Source of the DNA: Deltaproteobacteria bacterium
GTDB taxonomy: Bacteria > Myxococcota_A > Polyangia > Fen-1088
DNA: 64,000 bases
Reading direction: 5' to 3'
Assembly (NCBI GenBank): GCA_033763315.1
Contig: JANRKS010000034.1
Location: 224,001 to 288,000 of the forward strand
How positions within the stretch are numbered: the stretch's first letter is position 1; each line of letters opens with the position of its first letter. Of the stretch, positions 48,055 through 57,867 are shown piece by piece. The position numbers and the translations under genes are program-made. Under the pieces are notes generated by a model. That model did not search any database. It was not told where the DNA came from and saw only the letters and a list, made by a program, of their open reading frames with translations.

Positions 48055-49473
48055 TCACTTCAACTTGAAGTCGAGCGGCTTGTCTTCCAGACGCCTTTTG
48101 GCCTTCACTAGGGGCGCCGTCGCTTTGGCGCCGCCTGCCTCCGTGAGAGCGGCGCCTGCACTGGCAGCCGCAGCCGTGGTGCTCTCACCGTGTTCTGCAC
48201 GTTGCGCGGCTTGCATTTGCGTTCTGTCTTGAAGAGCGGTACGCGCGCGATCACGCAGCAGAAATCGCCAAGAAACAACAGCGGCGACAAACAGAAACAC
48301 AGTGGCGAGAGACAAGTTGCGCACCGTGAGCACAGTCTTGGCGCGTGCTGGGTTGGATCTGTGGAACCCCATGAGCGAATGCGCGTTGACGGCCACGCTG
48401 GCGTCACGATCTTTTGCGGGTAAGGTTGCGGCAAGTGCAGGGGATCCGGCTTTGCTCACCAGCCCCTTGGAGTTTAGTGTGATGTTTTCGCCGGAATCCG
48501 TTAGCGTATCCTCGGTCCGAGGGCCGCGCGCGGGGTGAATCGACTCGAACGCATTGATTCTCCCAATCCACAAGGCGGTTTCAGTTGAGGCGAAGGGTGA
48601 AAGCGCTTGAGCCAAGGCGCCCGCGGAGGGGTAGCGTTCTTCCGGCGCGCGAGCCATCACTTTGCACAGAACCTTCTCCAGGCCCACTGGCACGTCGGGG
48701 CGGAAGTCAGAGACGTTCGGCGGGTCGCGGTTCATAACGGCGGCGCACAACTCACCAATCGTCGCGCCATCATAGGGAACCTTGCCGGTCATCGCTTTGA
48801 ACAGCGCGGCACCGAGTGACCACAAATCCGATCGTGCGTCCACCGACTTGGCAGACATGAACTGTTCCGGCGGCATGTAACTTGGCGAGCCCAAAAACTC
48901 GCTCGAAGCCGTGATTTCGGCGGGTGAGTCTGTCGTTAACGATGATTTAGAGACACCGAAGTCGAGGATTTTCAGCAGCAAACTTCCATCGTCTCGTTTG
49001 CAGAGGAAGAGGTTCGCAGGTTTGATGTCGCGGTGGACAATCCCCACGGCGTGCGCTGCCGCGAGGCCCGAACACGCCTGTACGCACAAGTCTATAACTA
49101 GGCCGATCGGCAGATGACCTTCGTTCACAATCATCTCGTCGAGGCTCAAACCCGCGAGGTGTTCCATGACAAGGTAGCGCGCGCCGTCGTCAAGGATTCC
49201 CGTATCATACACACGGACGACGTGTTCGCTTTGAACGCTGGCGGCGGCGGCCGCCTCGCGTTGAAAACGCTCTAAGGATGCGGCGCGCGCTGCGTATTGT
49301 GGGCGCAAAAACTTGATGGCGACAAGATGTCCCATATCGATGTGGCGAGCAGAAACCACGGTACCCATGCCGCCGCTGCCCAACACGTCCAGCACCTGGT
49401 ATTTACCGGCGATCACAACACCTGGTTGTGCAGGGAGCGGGGTATCAAGTTCGGCCGAGCTCTCAGTGACCAT
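48055..49473 (-). CDS. Hanks-type Ser/Thr protein kinase with C-terminal TM segment
   Basis: LGSGGMGTV, VAIK, HRDIKPAN, DFG, GSPSYMPPEQ, DLWSLG. GGGAG SD before ATG 49473. Confidence 0.95.
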   Translation of the reverse strand: MVTESSAELDTPLPAQPGVVIAGKYQVLDVLGSGGMGTVVSARHIDMGHLVAIKFLRPQYAARAASLERFQREAAAAASVQSEHVVRVYDTGILDDGARYLVMEHLAGLSLDEMIVNEGHLPIGLVIDLCVQACSGLAAAHAVGIVHRDIKPANLFLCKRDDGSLLLKILDFGVSKSSLTTDSPAEITASSEFLGSPSYMPPEQFMSAKSVDARSDLWSLGAALFKAMTGKVPYDGATIGELCAAVMNRDPPNVSDFRPDVPVGLEKVLCKVMARAPEERYPSAGALAQALSPFASTETALWIGRINAFESIHPARGPRTEDTLTDSGENITLNSKGLVSKAGSPALAATLPAKDRDASVAVNAHSLMGFHRSNPARAKTVLTVRNLSLATVFLFVAAVVSWRFLLRDRARTALQDRTQMQAAQRAEHGESTTAAAASAGAALTEAGGAKATAPLVKAKRRLEDKPLDFKLK

Positions 49474-49585
49474 GTTTCTCCCTACAATGGCCGCGGCCAT
49501 CAGCGAAGTGAAATCTCTTTTGAAAGTACGGTTTTTTACTATTTCGCAGCGGCACATCTCGTCGCGCTCAGTTACAACCTGGGCC

Positions 49586-50530
49586 ATGTATCGTGGCAGC
49601 CAACGCAATCAACCGACGCCATGTCGCAGGCCGTCGCTGTCGATGATGGCTTTTTGCCTGCTGTTCAACATGGCAAGCACGCGCCTTGTTCAAGCGGAGG
49701 CTGGATCGGGCGAGGGGCAAGTTTCGGACTGGGCTTCACAGCTGGGGGAAGAGGCGAAGAAGGACTACTGGAAGGGCAGGAAGCTTTACGAAGAGAACGA
49801 GATGGAGCTTGCTTTTAAGGCGTTTGCGTCGGCATACGAAAGCTCAAGAGATCCTCGCTTGATCTGGAACATGGCGCTTTGTGCTCGAGGTATGCGCCAC
49901 TTTGCTCATGCGAAGCGGCTCGTGAAAGAATACGTCAAGGATGCGCGCAGCCAAAACGTGCTGTCGCCACAGGATGAAGCCACAGCCGATGCGTTTGTGA
50001 AGGCCGTCTCGGGGCGCGTGGTCACCGCGGGGTTCTCGCTTGCGCCGAAGGACGCCGTGGTGCTCATTGATGGCGAGGTGCTTCCGCCTGTGCCTGAGCC
50101 TGCCTCCAGGGATGTGGACGTGGGTTCGCACCACGTGGAAGTTCAGGCCAAGGGGTTTCGCACGCAGGCGTTTCGGCAGAGCTTCGAGTTGGGAAAGCCG
50201 AATCAAGTGGATGTGAGCTTGGAGCCTGAAGGTGCGCCCGTTTTCATGTACACAGCTTCAGGCAACTCAATTCATGTTGACGGTCGCACCGTGGGCACGG
50301 GCGCTTGGTCAGGTACCCTGACGCCCGGAAGCCATGTTCTTGAGGTGCGAGATCCCGTAGGCAACCTGGAGCGTCGCGAGGTTTACCTTCAGGACCGTGA
50401 GAAGCGGATCTTGGAACTGTGGCCAAGTCGGTCCGTGGCACCTTGGGTGTGGGCCATGGGCGCATTCGTGGTGGGACTGGCGTTTGGCTCAGCTGGTGCA
50501 TTAATCCTTGAGAATCAGGGTGTTCTTTAA
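49586..50530 (+). CDS. TPR + PEGA domain protein
   Basis: TPR (GRKLYE...FASAYE...LIWNMALC), PEGA (AVVLIDG...GSHHVEVQAKGF; IHVDG...PGSHVLEV), C-terminal hydrophobic segment. Start uncertain. Confidence 0.8.
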   Translation: MYRGSQRNQPTPCRRPSLSMMAFCLLFNMASTRLVQAEAGSGEGQVSDWASQLGEEAKKDYWKGRKLYEENEMELAFKAFASAYESSRDPRLIWNMALCARGMRHFAHAKRLVKEYVKDARSQNVLSPQDEATADAFVKAVSGRVVTAGFSLAPKDAVVLIDGEVLPPVPEPASRDVDVGSHHVEVQAKGFRTQAFRQSFELGKPNQVDVSLEPEGAPVFMYTASGNSIHVDGRTVGTGAWSGTLTPGSHVLEVRDPVGNLERREVYLQDREKRILELWPSRSVAPWVWAMGAFVVGLAFGSAGALILENQGVL

Positions 50531-50570
50531 AGTCACTGTGTTGCGATCGTAAAATTGAAAGCGGGTCTTC

Positions 50571-50762
50571 ATGCTCATATTTCTGCTTCTAATCATTGGT
50601 GTGGCGGCGTTCTTTGGCGCGATCATGCTGTTGTTCTTTGCCGCCACCGGAGAGCCGCCCACGCCAAGGCGGATGATTGTGCGGCTCACCGCGCGGGTGA
50701 GGCGTTTCTCACAAACGATCGGCTATGGCCCGTCGCCGAAAAGCAAAGATGGTTCGCCATAA
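50571..50762 (+). CDS. Small membrane protein (63 aa)
   Basis: N-terminal TM helix and basic tail; fits the gap between the PEGA and kinase genes. Confidence 0.45.
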   Translation: MLIFLLLIIGVAAFFGAIMLLFFAATGEPPTPRRMIVRLTARVRRFSQTIGYGPSPKSKDGSP

Positions 50763-50776
50763 AGGCCGTGTGCGCG

Positions 50777-51766
50777 ATGTTCCAGCCGGGAGAAACGATC
50801 GCTGATCGCTATAAGGTCGTCCGCAAGATCGGTGCAGGCGGCTACGCTGAAGTGTTTGAGGCGCACGAAGGCTCAACAGGTGCGCGCGTGGCGCTTAAGG
50901 CTCTCCTGCCGTCTTTCTCTGAGGACGACGAGGCGTTGGCGCGGTTTCGTCGCGAGGCTTCAATCACTGCCAAAATAAAGCATCCGAACGTCGCTCGCAC
51001 GTACGGTTTCGCCAGCCTTCCCGATGGCAGGCCGTACATGGTCATGGAGTATCTACAAGGACGCGATCTTGCAGAGTTTCTCCGCACAGAGGTCATTGCC
51101 CCCGCTGCGGCCGTGGAGGTGGTGCAGCAAGTGGCTCAGGGCCTTGCCGCCGCGCATGCGTTGGGTTTTGTGCATCGCGATCTTAAACCTGAAAACGTGT
51201 TTATCGATGACCGCCCGCAGGCATCTGACGGAACTCCCGTTCGCTTCAAGGTTCTTGATTTCGGCGCCACTCGAAGATCCATCGGTGGCACGGCTTTGAC
51301 CGCGACGGGCGAAGCGGTGGGAACTCCCGAGTACATGTCGCCAGAGCAGGCCACAGGCGCGGAGGCCATTGATCACCGCACCGATCAATTTACGTTGGCC
51401 GTTTTGGCCTTTGAGTTGCTTACGGGGCGATCTCCCTTCGCAGCGCCAGACCTCGTGGGCACCTTGCGAAAGGTGGTGCAAGAGGTGCCTCCCGCGTTCG
51501 CAAGTTGCGGCGTCAACCTGCCTTCCACGATTGAGGCCGTCGTTGCAAAGGCATTGAGCAAAAGCCCTGCCGAGCGATTCCCGAACGTCACCGCGTTTGC
51601 AGAAGCTTTGGTTGCGGCCGCAGCGCCGCTGGGGCCACCGGATCTTTCGTGCTTCGTTTCGCGGCCGCCCCTCACGCGAAAGCGCCTCGCCCTGCTCTTA
51701 TGGTTGGCCGCCTTGTGCGTTGCTACGTCCGCAGGTTGCGTGTGGGCGGTGCTTGCGTTGCGCTGA
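50777..51766 (+). CDS. Hanks-type Ser/Thr protein kinase with C-terminal membrane anchor
   Basis: IGAGGYAEV, VALK, HRDLKPEN, DFG, GTPEYMSPEQ, terminal TM helix. Confidence 0.93.
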   Translation: MFQPGETIADRYKVVRKIGAGGYAEVFEAHEGSTGARVALKALLPSFSEDDEALARFRREASITAKIKHPNVARTYGFASLPDGRPYMVMEYLQGRDLAEFLRTEVIAPAAAVEVVQQVAQGLAAAHALGFVHRDLKPENVFIDDRPQASDGTPVRFKVLDFGATRRSIGGTALTATGEAVGTPEYMSPEQATGAEAIDHRTDQFTLAVLAFELLTGRSPFAAPDLVGTLRKVVQEVPPAFASCGVNLPSTIEAVVAKALSKSPAERFPNVTAFAEALVAAAAPLGPPDLSCFVSRPPLTRKRLALLLWLAALCVATSAGCVWAVLALR

Positions 51767-51774
51767 CGTCATGG

Positions 51775-53169
51775 CTAGCCCATAAAGCCTGCCAGGCCGC
51801 CACGACCTGCGTCTTGCACACCCCACGTCTCCTCGGGCAGCCCCATGGCGTTCAGGATGCTGACAAGCAGCCGGTTGTGCTCAACACCTAAGCCCTTGCG
51901 TGGTTCCCCGGCGCGGATGTATTGCCCCGTTTTTACGCCAAGGTTTTTGCCACCGATGGTCATAAACTGCATCGGGTAGCCGGCATGATCCTGCCCGTGT
52001 TCCGAGCCCACCACCACAAGCGTGTTGTCCAACATCGTTCCGCCCGTCTCCGGGATCGAGCTTAGCCGCCTGCACAACGCCGCCACTTGTTCTGACATCC
52101 AGATCTTCGCACGTTTATAGTCTTCGACGCTGGGATCGTTGTGAGATAAAGCGTGCCAACCTTGGGGCAGGTTGATGGGTGCAAAATTTGATGTCGCATC
52201 GTGATCATCTCGCCCCCAATTCTTGAACTCCACCACGCGGGTGAGATCACAAGCCAGCGCTGTGACCGTGATATCGATCATCATATTCATCACCTTCGGA
52301 ACGTCATGCGTGATGTGGTTTGTCCAAACAACGTTGGGCTCAAGTGCAAGGGGCCCGCAAGCTTGGCCTGATCCAGCCGTAGCAAAACCAGCAGAGAGCT
52401 GTTTTTCAAGTGACCTGCACGTTTCAGCCTGCGCCTCGGCGCGGGCCCGATCGGCCGCACCCAGCCGCTTCGCAAACGCCGTGGCTTCCTTGGCGCAGTA
52501 GTCGAGCACGCTTTTGCGGTTTGCCAGCCTTGCCATCACTTGCGGATCGGGTTGCGTCTTCGCTGTGAAGAGGCCATCGAAAAGCCGCGTGTATAGTGCA
52601 TACGGATTTCGCTCGATCGATCCGCGGACCTGGTTCCCGGTGTAATCGTGAACATGCGTTTGGTCGGGCTGCACGCCAAGTCCAAGCAGGGGACAACGGG
52701 GTGTTGCGAGTTTTCCGATTTTCTCGCTCATGTGGAAATCAATCGAGGCATTGCGCGCTTTGCCCCAGGACGGGTGAGGCGGCACTTTTTCGGCCTCGGC
52801 AGAGCCCGTCCAAAGCTGGATTGAGTAGTTGTTGTGGCTACTCGTGTCCTTCATGGGGGCGTTCTTCTGTTCAAGGTTCTGTATCACGACCATTTGATCG
52901 CGAAACATTTCGAGCGGCTTGAGCATGTGACCAAACACGCCGGTGGCGTAGGAGGTGCCGGCCTTGTAGTACCAAGACTCAGGAATGCTTTGCCCACCGC
53001 CTGGCAGGCCATTGGGGTGCTCGAAGAGAATCACCCGGCGTGGAGCCCCACCTTCGGCTGCATGCGCCTGCGGCAGGAAAGAACGGCCGAAAGGCCGCAG
53101 CGTGGGCGCCGCACCAGCGCCAATCAAGAGGGTTTGTAAGACGCTTCGTCGCGTGGCTGATTTCGTCAT
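51775..53169 (-). CDS. DUF1552-family Tat-exported protein (second, divergent paralogue)
   Basis: ATRRSVLQ Tat signal, PNG, SID, SVLD, ALACDLTRV, WHALSH, HNRLLVSI. GGAGG SD; TGATG coupling. Confidence 0.85.
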   Translation of the reverse strand: MTKSATRRSVLQTLLIGAGAAPTLRPFGRSFLPQAHAAEGGAPRRVILFEHPNGLPGGGQSIPESWYYKAGTSYATGVFGHMLKPLEMFRDQMVVIQNLEQKNAPMKDTSSHNNYSIQLWTGSAEAEKVPPHPSWGKARNASIDFHMSEKIGKLATPRCPLLGLGVQPDQTHVHDYTGNQVRGSIERNPYALYTRLFDGLFTAKTQPDPQVMARLANRKSVLDYCAKEATAFAKRLGAADRARAEAQAETCRSLEKQLSAGFATAGSGQACGPLALEPNVVWTNHITHDVPKVMNMMIDITVTALACDLTRVVEFKNWGRDDHDATSNFAPINLPQGWHALSHNDPSVEDYKRAKIWMSEQVAALCRRLSSIPETGGTMLDNTLVVVGSEHGQDHAGYPMQFMTIGGKNLGVKTGQYIRAGEPRKGLGVEHNRLLVSILNAMGLPEETWGVQDAGRGGLAGFMG

Positions 53170-54932
53170 CAAAGGCCTCCTGGAAAGTTGCGTGCGTCGC
53201 GATAAAGGAATGAATCAGTGACGGTCAACGCTGCCAGAACATCGATCAGAGCCTCGCGGGGGACCTCTGCCGCAACAGCGGCTATCGATCCCTTGTCCAC
53301 GGGCAACCTATCGTCGATGTTGCCGGTGTCCCGCCCCAGCATAAATTCAAGCAGGTGGCTTACGAAGCAGTCATGCACCATCTGGCTGTTTGCCAGCTTG
53401 GTCACAAGCTCCGGTGCACCCTCAAATGTCCCATCCACGTCGGTGTCTACAAGCTTGCCCCGCGCTGATAGCGCCACCGTTCGGTCGCCAACCTTTTCGG
53501 TGTCGCGATCGCGTCCGATGACGTCGAATCGTTCAAACGCCCAACCGATGTCATCAATGCTCTTGTGGCAGGCCTGACACGAAGGGCTGTCGGAATGAGC
53601 CGCAAACCGCTCGCGGGTTGTGAGGTTTGGGTCGATGGAAGGTGGCGGTATGCCCGGTGGCGGCTCGGGCAGCACCTGGCAAAACATTTTGCGACGCACG
53701 AAGACCCCTGGAAATATCGGCGAAAACCGTGCTGAAGACGTTTGCGCTGCGATGAAAGCCGGTGTTGTTAGGAGCCCCAAACGCCGTGTTTTGTCGAGTG
53801 TGAGTGGGTTAAAGGTGGACCCTTTTGTGACTACGCCCCCGTAAAGTTGGCCAACGTTGCCGTCGGCGAAGGTGTTAGCCGCTGTGAGCAGGTCAGCGAA
53901 GCTACCTTTGCGGTTCCCGAAGGCGACGTCCTCGATCAGCAATCGACTTTCCTCCAACATCGACGTCACCAGGGCAGGTGAGAACAGGAGATCGTTTTTG
54001 CTCACCCCCCGTGCAATGTCGCTGATTTCCAGCCACTGCCAGAAGAAATCGCGTACGGCCCCGCGGGCGCGGACGTCGCCGAGCAACCGGTGCGCTTGTT
54101 CGAGAATGCTGTTGCGCGTTCGAAGGCCGACGTCCGCGGCGTCGAGAAGCGCATCATCAGGGCCCGAGCGCCACAGAAAGTACGATAAAGCGCTGGCGAT
54201 CTCCTGTGAGGTCAAGGGGCTCACGGCCTCCCCAGGCGCTCCACCGATCTCTGTGCGGAACAAGAAGGTAGGCGAATGCATCATGCCTTCGACCACCACA
54301 CCCATCGCTGTGGCAAAGTCACCGCGCGGGCGCGCTTGGTCGTAAAGGGCTTGCAAAGCGGCGCGCTGATCAAGCGTCACTTTCCCACGAAACATACGAC
54401 GCCCATAGCGGGTGATGAACTCACCAAGACAAGCGTGCTCTTGATCTTGCGCGATGTCCTTGGCGCATGGCAACACCGTCGGTAGCATCTTGATCACTTG
54501 GCCTGCCACGGCCTCGGCGCCGGTGGCCAACTGAAGGGCAAAGGGGACCGAGACATCGAGGCCTTCAAACACATTGTCGAAGTTGTGGCGCGCAACTTCG
54601 TCGATGATGTTCACTTGAGCTGGTTGGCTGCCTGCAAAGAACGCGTCCCGCACGCTGTTGGAGATTTCTACGGCGGTTAGCCGGCGAATGTGCGCGGGCG
54701 CGGGGCGAAGGGTGGCCGGCGGCCCGTCTGGCCCGTCAATTGGGCTTTCATTTTGCGGCGGCCGCGCGGGACCGACGTCGCCAGCAGATCCCTTCTCGAC
54801 TTGCGTGGGGGCGCTGACTGTGCCCGAGCAGCCCGCAGCCAGAGCCAACCCCAGGATGATGCCGGCGTACCAGGGCCGTTTTTGTGCTGATGTTTCATCA
54901 AGCTTGCGCGTCTGCGGACCCATGTTCCCCAT
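53169..54932 (-). CDS. DUF1592/1588-family lipoprotein with CxxCH haem c motif (second paralogue)
   Basis: LAAG-C lipobox, IRRLT, SPTFLFRTE, ASALSYFLW, RLGLLTT, TTRER, CQACH (53565-53579), ERFDVIG. Confidence 0.88.
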   Translation of the reverse strand: MGNMGPQTRKLDETSAQKRPWYAGIILGLALAAGCSGTVSAPTQVEKGSAGDVGPARPPQNESPIDGPDGPPATLRPAPAHIRRLTAVEISNSVRDAFFAGSQPAQVNIIDEVARHNFDNVFEGLDVSVPFALQLATGAEAVAGQVIKMLPTVLPCAKDIAQDQEHACLGEFITRYGRRMFRGKVTLDQRAALQALYDQARPRGDFATAMGVVVEGMMHSPTFLFRTEIGGAPGEAVSPLTSQEIASALSYFLWRSGPDDALLDAADVGLRTRNSILEQAHRLLGDVRARGAVRDFFWQWLEISDIARGVSKNDLLFSPALVTSMLEESRLLIEDVAFGNRKGSFADLLTAANTFADGNVGQLYGGVVTKGSTFNPLTLDKTRRLGLLTTPAFIAAQTSSARFSPIFPGVFVRRKMFCQVLPEPPPGIPPPSIDPNLTTRERFAAHSDSPSCQACHKSIDDIGWAFERFDVIGRDRDTEKVGDRTVALSARGKLVDTDVDGTFEGAPELVTKLANSQMVHDCFVSHLLEFMLGRDTGNIDDRLPVDKGSIAAVAAEVPREALIDVLAALTVTDSFLYRDARNFPGGL

Positions 54933-54962
54933 GTCGAAAACCTCTCGTGGCGGGTGAGGTAG

Positions 54963-55057
54963 GTTGGGTCCACGACCACTTGAAATCGGATCAGATTAAG
55001 TTTCTTCGTCCCGGATGACGATTCCCTGATCCGTTTTGCGGCGCTGGTGAGACAAAC
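54963..55057. promoter_or_regulatory. Twin divergent ECF-type promoter-like elements
   Basis: Plus 55026-55057 CTGATCCGTTTTGCGGCGCTGGTGAGACAAAC; minus 54994-54963 CTGATCCGATTTCAAGTGGTCGTGGACCCAAC. Confidence 0.55.
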
Positions 55058-55109
55058 AGGGGAGCTCTTGTGCGCGGGTTCCTGCCGCGTGGGTTGGGCC
55101 GCAATCATC

Positions 55110-55733
55110 ATGCAATCTCACCCGCAGCCTTTCGGGGCCCCAGAGCGCGAACCCACGGATGCCCATCTGGTGCCGGCGGCGCGCCGCGGTGATGTGCTTG
55201 CGAAGGAGCTGTTGTTCCGACGTCACGTCAATATGGCCTTTGGCATGGCGCTGCGAGTGCTGGGAAGGCGACAGGACGTGGAAGATCTCGTGCATGAAAG
55301 CTTCATGGAGGCGTTGAGTTCGCTTCACAAACTACGTGAAGATATGCACTTCGGCACATGGCTGGGTCGCATCGTCATCAACCGCACATTGAAGCATCGG
55401 CGCAGGGAACGTTTGCGACAAAGACTGGGCCTAGACGCTTCTCAATCTGTGGATGTTTCAGAATTTGTGTCTGAAGCGGCGCCGCCCGATGTGCTGGCCG
55501 AACTCAATGCGATCTACGTGCGGTTAAGCGGTCTGCCTGAGCGTTCGAGGGTTGCCTTGATCATGCGGCGTGTGGAAGGGCGCAAAATGGAAGAGATTGC
55601 GGCGCTGATGGGCGTGTCCCTTGGCACGGTGAAGCGGCTGCTGACGCGCGCCGAGGATATGTTGGCCAAGGCGCTTGCCCCAACGAAGCGCGCACAGGCG
55701 GGGCGTGCAAGCGGGAGGGGTGATGGAGCCTAA
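55110..55733 (+). CDS. ECF sigma-70 factor
   Basis: LFRRH...DVEDLVHESFMEA...FGTWLGRIVIN; region 4 EEIAALMGVSLGTVKRLL. Confidence 0.92.
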   Translation: MQSHPQPFGAPEREPTDAHLVPAARRGDVLAKELLFRRHVNMAFGMALRVLGRRQDVEDLVHESFMEALSSLHKLREDMHFGTWLGRIVINRTLKHRRRERLRQRLGLDASQSVDVSEFVSEAAPPDVLAELNAIYVRLSGLPERSRVALIMRRVEGRKMEEIAALMGVSLGTVKRLLTRAEDMLAKALAPTKRAQAGRASGRGDGA

Positions 55734-56868
55734 GGATGTGACAGCGTATCTGCAGCGCGCGGGCTGCTCCGACATCGAACAGACGCGCATGTGGCGAAGG
55801 CTTGAACGCGCGCTCGCTTCGACCGATGCCCCCCCACGCGCACGTCTTGCGGCACGGTGTTGGCGTGCAGCCACGATGGTCTTGTTGCTTGGGGCCGGTG
55901 GTGCAGCCACAATCTTTGGGATGATCAGCGCTCGCAACAGCGACGCACCACAGCCGTCGGAGCTTGTGGCACAGACCATGACCGGGAAGGTCACTACGAC
56001 GGCCGGCGATCGCGCTGAGATCGTTGTGCTGGACGATGGAGCGCGCGTGGCTTTATCCGCCCACGCCCAAGCCACCTTTGCAGCGACCGAGCATGAAACC
56101 ATCGTACACCTGCTTCGCGGCGACGCTTCGTTCCAAGCCGCACGCGCGCACGGCTCTGACAGACGCCCAGAGCGGCGGCACTTCACCGTGCATGTACAGC
56201 GGCTTGCTGTGGTTGTCGTGGGTATGCGCTTTCGCATAGATACGTTGGTTGACGAAGGCGCGGCAACGCGCATCACATGTGAAGACGGACACGTGGAGGT
56301 GCGTGGCAAAGGGCGTTCGCCCATGGTCTTGGCTGCAGGCGAGACATGGACAGCGGCAACAACAGCGATGGCTCCTGCACCTGGGCCTGCGACCGCGCGC
56401 AAGCCGATGGCCGCTGCTGTGTCCTCACGGCCGCACACCAAACGCACAAGCGTCATAGCATCCACAAGCTTGTCAAAAGAAGAGGCGGCTATCGAGCCGG
56501 AGGCATACAAAGCGTTCGAGCGGGCTGACCGTGCGTGGGTGCAAGGGCGCGCAGCCGAGGCAGCAAACATGTTCGATGCCGTTCGACGTCGGTACCCCAA
56601 CGACGCCACGGCACCATTGGCTGCTTTTCAGCTGGGGCGCATCCGCTTAGACGCGCTTGCAGATCCGCGCGGCGCGGTTGAGGCCTTGCAATCGGCGCGC
56701 GCGCGCGCGGGGGACACGCTGCGCGAAGACATTGACGCTCGTTTGGTTGAGGCGTTCGATCGAAGTGGGCAGACGCAGAACTGTTTGCGGGCGCGGTCGC
56801 GCTACCTTGCGGCCTATCCCGCCGGGCATCACCGTGACAATGTGAGCCAGCGTTGCCGCCAACCTTGA
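55723..56868 (+). CDS. FecR-domain anti-sigma factor with C-terminal TPR
   Basis: TM, FecR (LDDGARVAL, L.RG.A.F, VVVVGMRFRI, C.DG.VEV), TPR (RRYPND..APLAAFQLGR; YLAAYPAG.H). GGGAGG SD. Confidence 0.85.
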   Translation: MEPKDVTAYLQRAGCSDIEQTRMWRRLERALASTDAPPRARLAARCWRAATMVLLLGAGGAATIFGMISARNSDAPQPSELVAQTMTGKVTTTAGDRAEIVVLDDGARVALSAHAQATFAATEHETIVHLLRGDASFQAARAHGSDRRPERRHFTVHVQRLAVVVVGMRFRIDTLVDEGAATRITCEDGHVEVRGKGRSPMVLAAGETWTAATTAMAPAPGPATARKPMAAAVSSRPHTKRTSVIASTSLSKEEAAIEPEAYKAFERADRAWVQGRAAEAANMFDAVRRRYPNDATAPLAAFQLGRIRLDALADPRGAVEALQSARARAGDTLREDIDARLVEAFDRSGQTQNCLRARSRYLAAYPAGHHRDNVSQRCRQP

Positions 56869-57860
56869 GAGCCCGGCTGGTGCTCGCCTGGATTGCGGTA
56901 GCCGTTGCGGCTGGGGCGCGGCCGCGCTGCCTCAACGCTGCCGACGGAACCATTTGCGTTGCAGATGGCAACGAGCGCGTGGCATTGCGAGTGCCACTAA
57001 AGGATCCCTTGTGGCCCCTTGTGCCGGCGGTTCTGGCGCACCTTCAAGTGGAGCTGAAAGAAGTGGGCGTTTGCCTAAGCGGTGACGGCGACTCAAACCG
57101 CAGGCTGGTTGTGATGCGCAGCCTTGACTTGTTGGCTGCCGACGTCGAGATCGTGGTCGCTGATGGTACAGGAATTCCGCGTACACGCATGCTGGAGCTT
57201 CGGGCGGTTCCAGTGCACGCAAGGCCGTTGACGCTTGGAATTGCAACGATGGAGTTGCTTGGCGCCGTTGCGACAAAGCCGCGTGCACGGGTGCCGGTTC
57301 CGCTGGTGGCTGCGCCTGCGCCTGCGACGCCCGAAGCAACGGCGCGCCTGCACGTTGCCTTGGGTTTTGCCGCGCAGTCGTTCATGGGCGGCCGTGGCCA
57401 CGCACATGCGGGTCCCGATGTCGAAGTGGCACTGGGCGTGACGGAACGGAGCTCAATCAACCTACACGCCGCCTACCTCATGGCACCCGATGTACACACT
57501 TCATATGGCGCCGGCTCTGTTCGGGCTTTTGTGGCTGGTATAGGTGGCACACGCGTTTTGACGTCTTCGGCGCGCAGCTGGGGCGCTGCCGTTCTTGCGG
57601 AAACTCATATGCTTCGCCTGGCGGCTGTGGGCCACAGTGTGGATGTCGACGCCAGCGGACGCGCGGGATCGGCTATCGCGTGGGTCGTCGATGCTGGACC
57701 GCGTGCGTGGATCAGCTTGCACCCGCGCTTGCGGATGGAGATGACGCTCACGGCGGGGATCGTCCTTCGCAGCGTGGCGCTGACCGACGGAGAGCAAGTC
57801 GTTGCACAAGCGTCCGCGTTCGCGGGCACGGGCACCCTGCGGTTGGCAGCCGCCTTTTAG
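56865..57860 (+). CDS. Hypothetical exported protein with C-terminal beta-barrel-like region
   Basis: TTGA overlap with the FecR gene, signal-like N-terminus, amphipathic strands, terminal Phe (LAAAF). Confidence 0.6.
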   Translation: MRARLVLAWIAVAVAAGARPRCLNAADGTICVADGNERVALRVPLKDPLWPLVPAVLAHLQVELKEVGVCLSGDGDSNRRLVVMRSLDLLAADVEIVVADGTGIPRTRMLELRAVPVHARPLTLGIATMELLGAVATKPRARVPVPLVAAPAPATPEATARLHVALGFAAQSFMGGRGHAHAGPDVEVALGVTERSSINLHAAYLMAPDVHTSYGAGSVRAFVAGIGGTRVLTSSARSWGAAVLAETHMLRLAAVGHSVDVDASGRAGSAIAWVVDAGPRAWISLHPRLRMEMTLTAGIVLRSVALTDGEQVVAQASAFAGTGTLRLAAAF

Positions 57861-57867
57861 GGCTTCA

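Noticed and set aside
49313-49608. Apparent head-to-head overlap of the kinase and PEGA ORFs
   Set aside because: It disappears with the likely starts (49473 with SD; about 49586).
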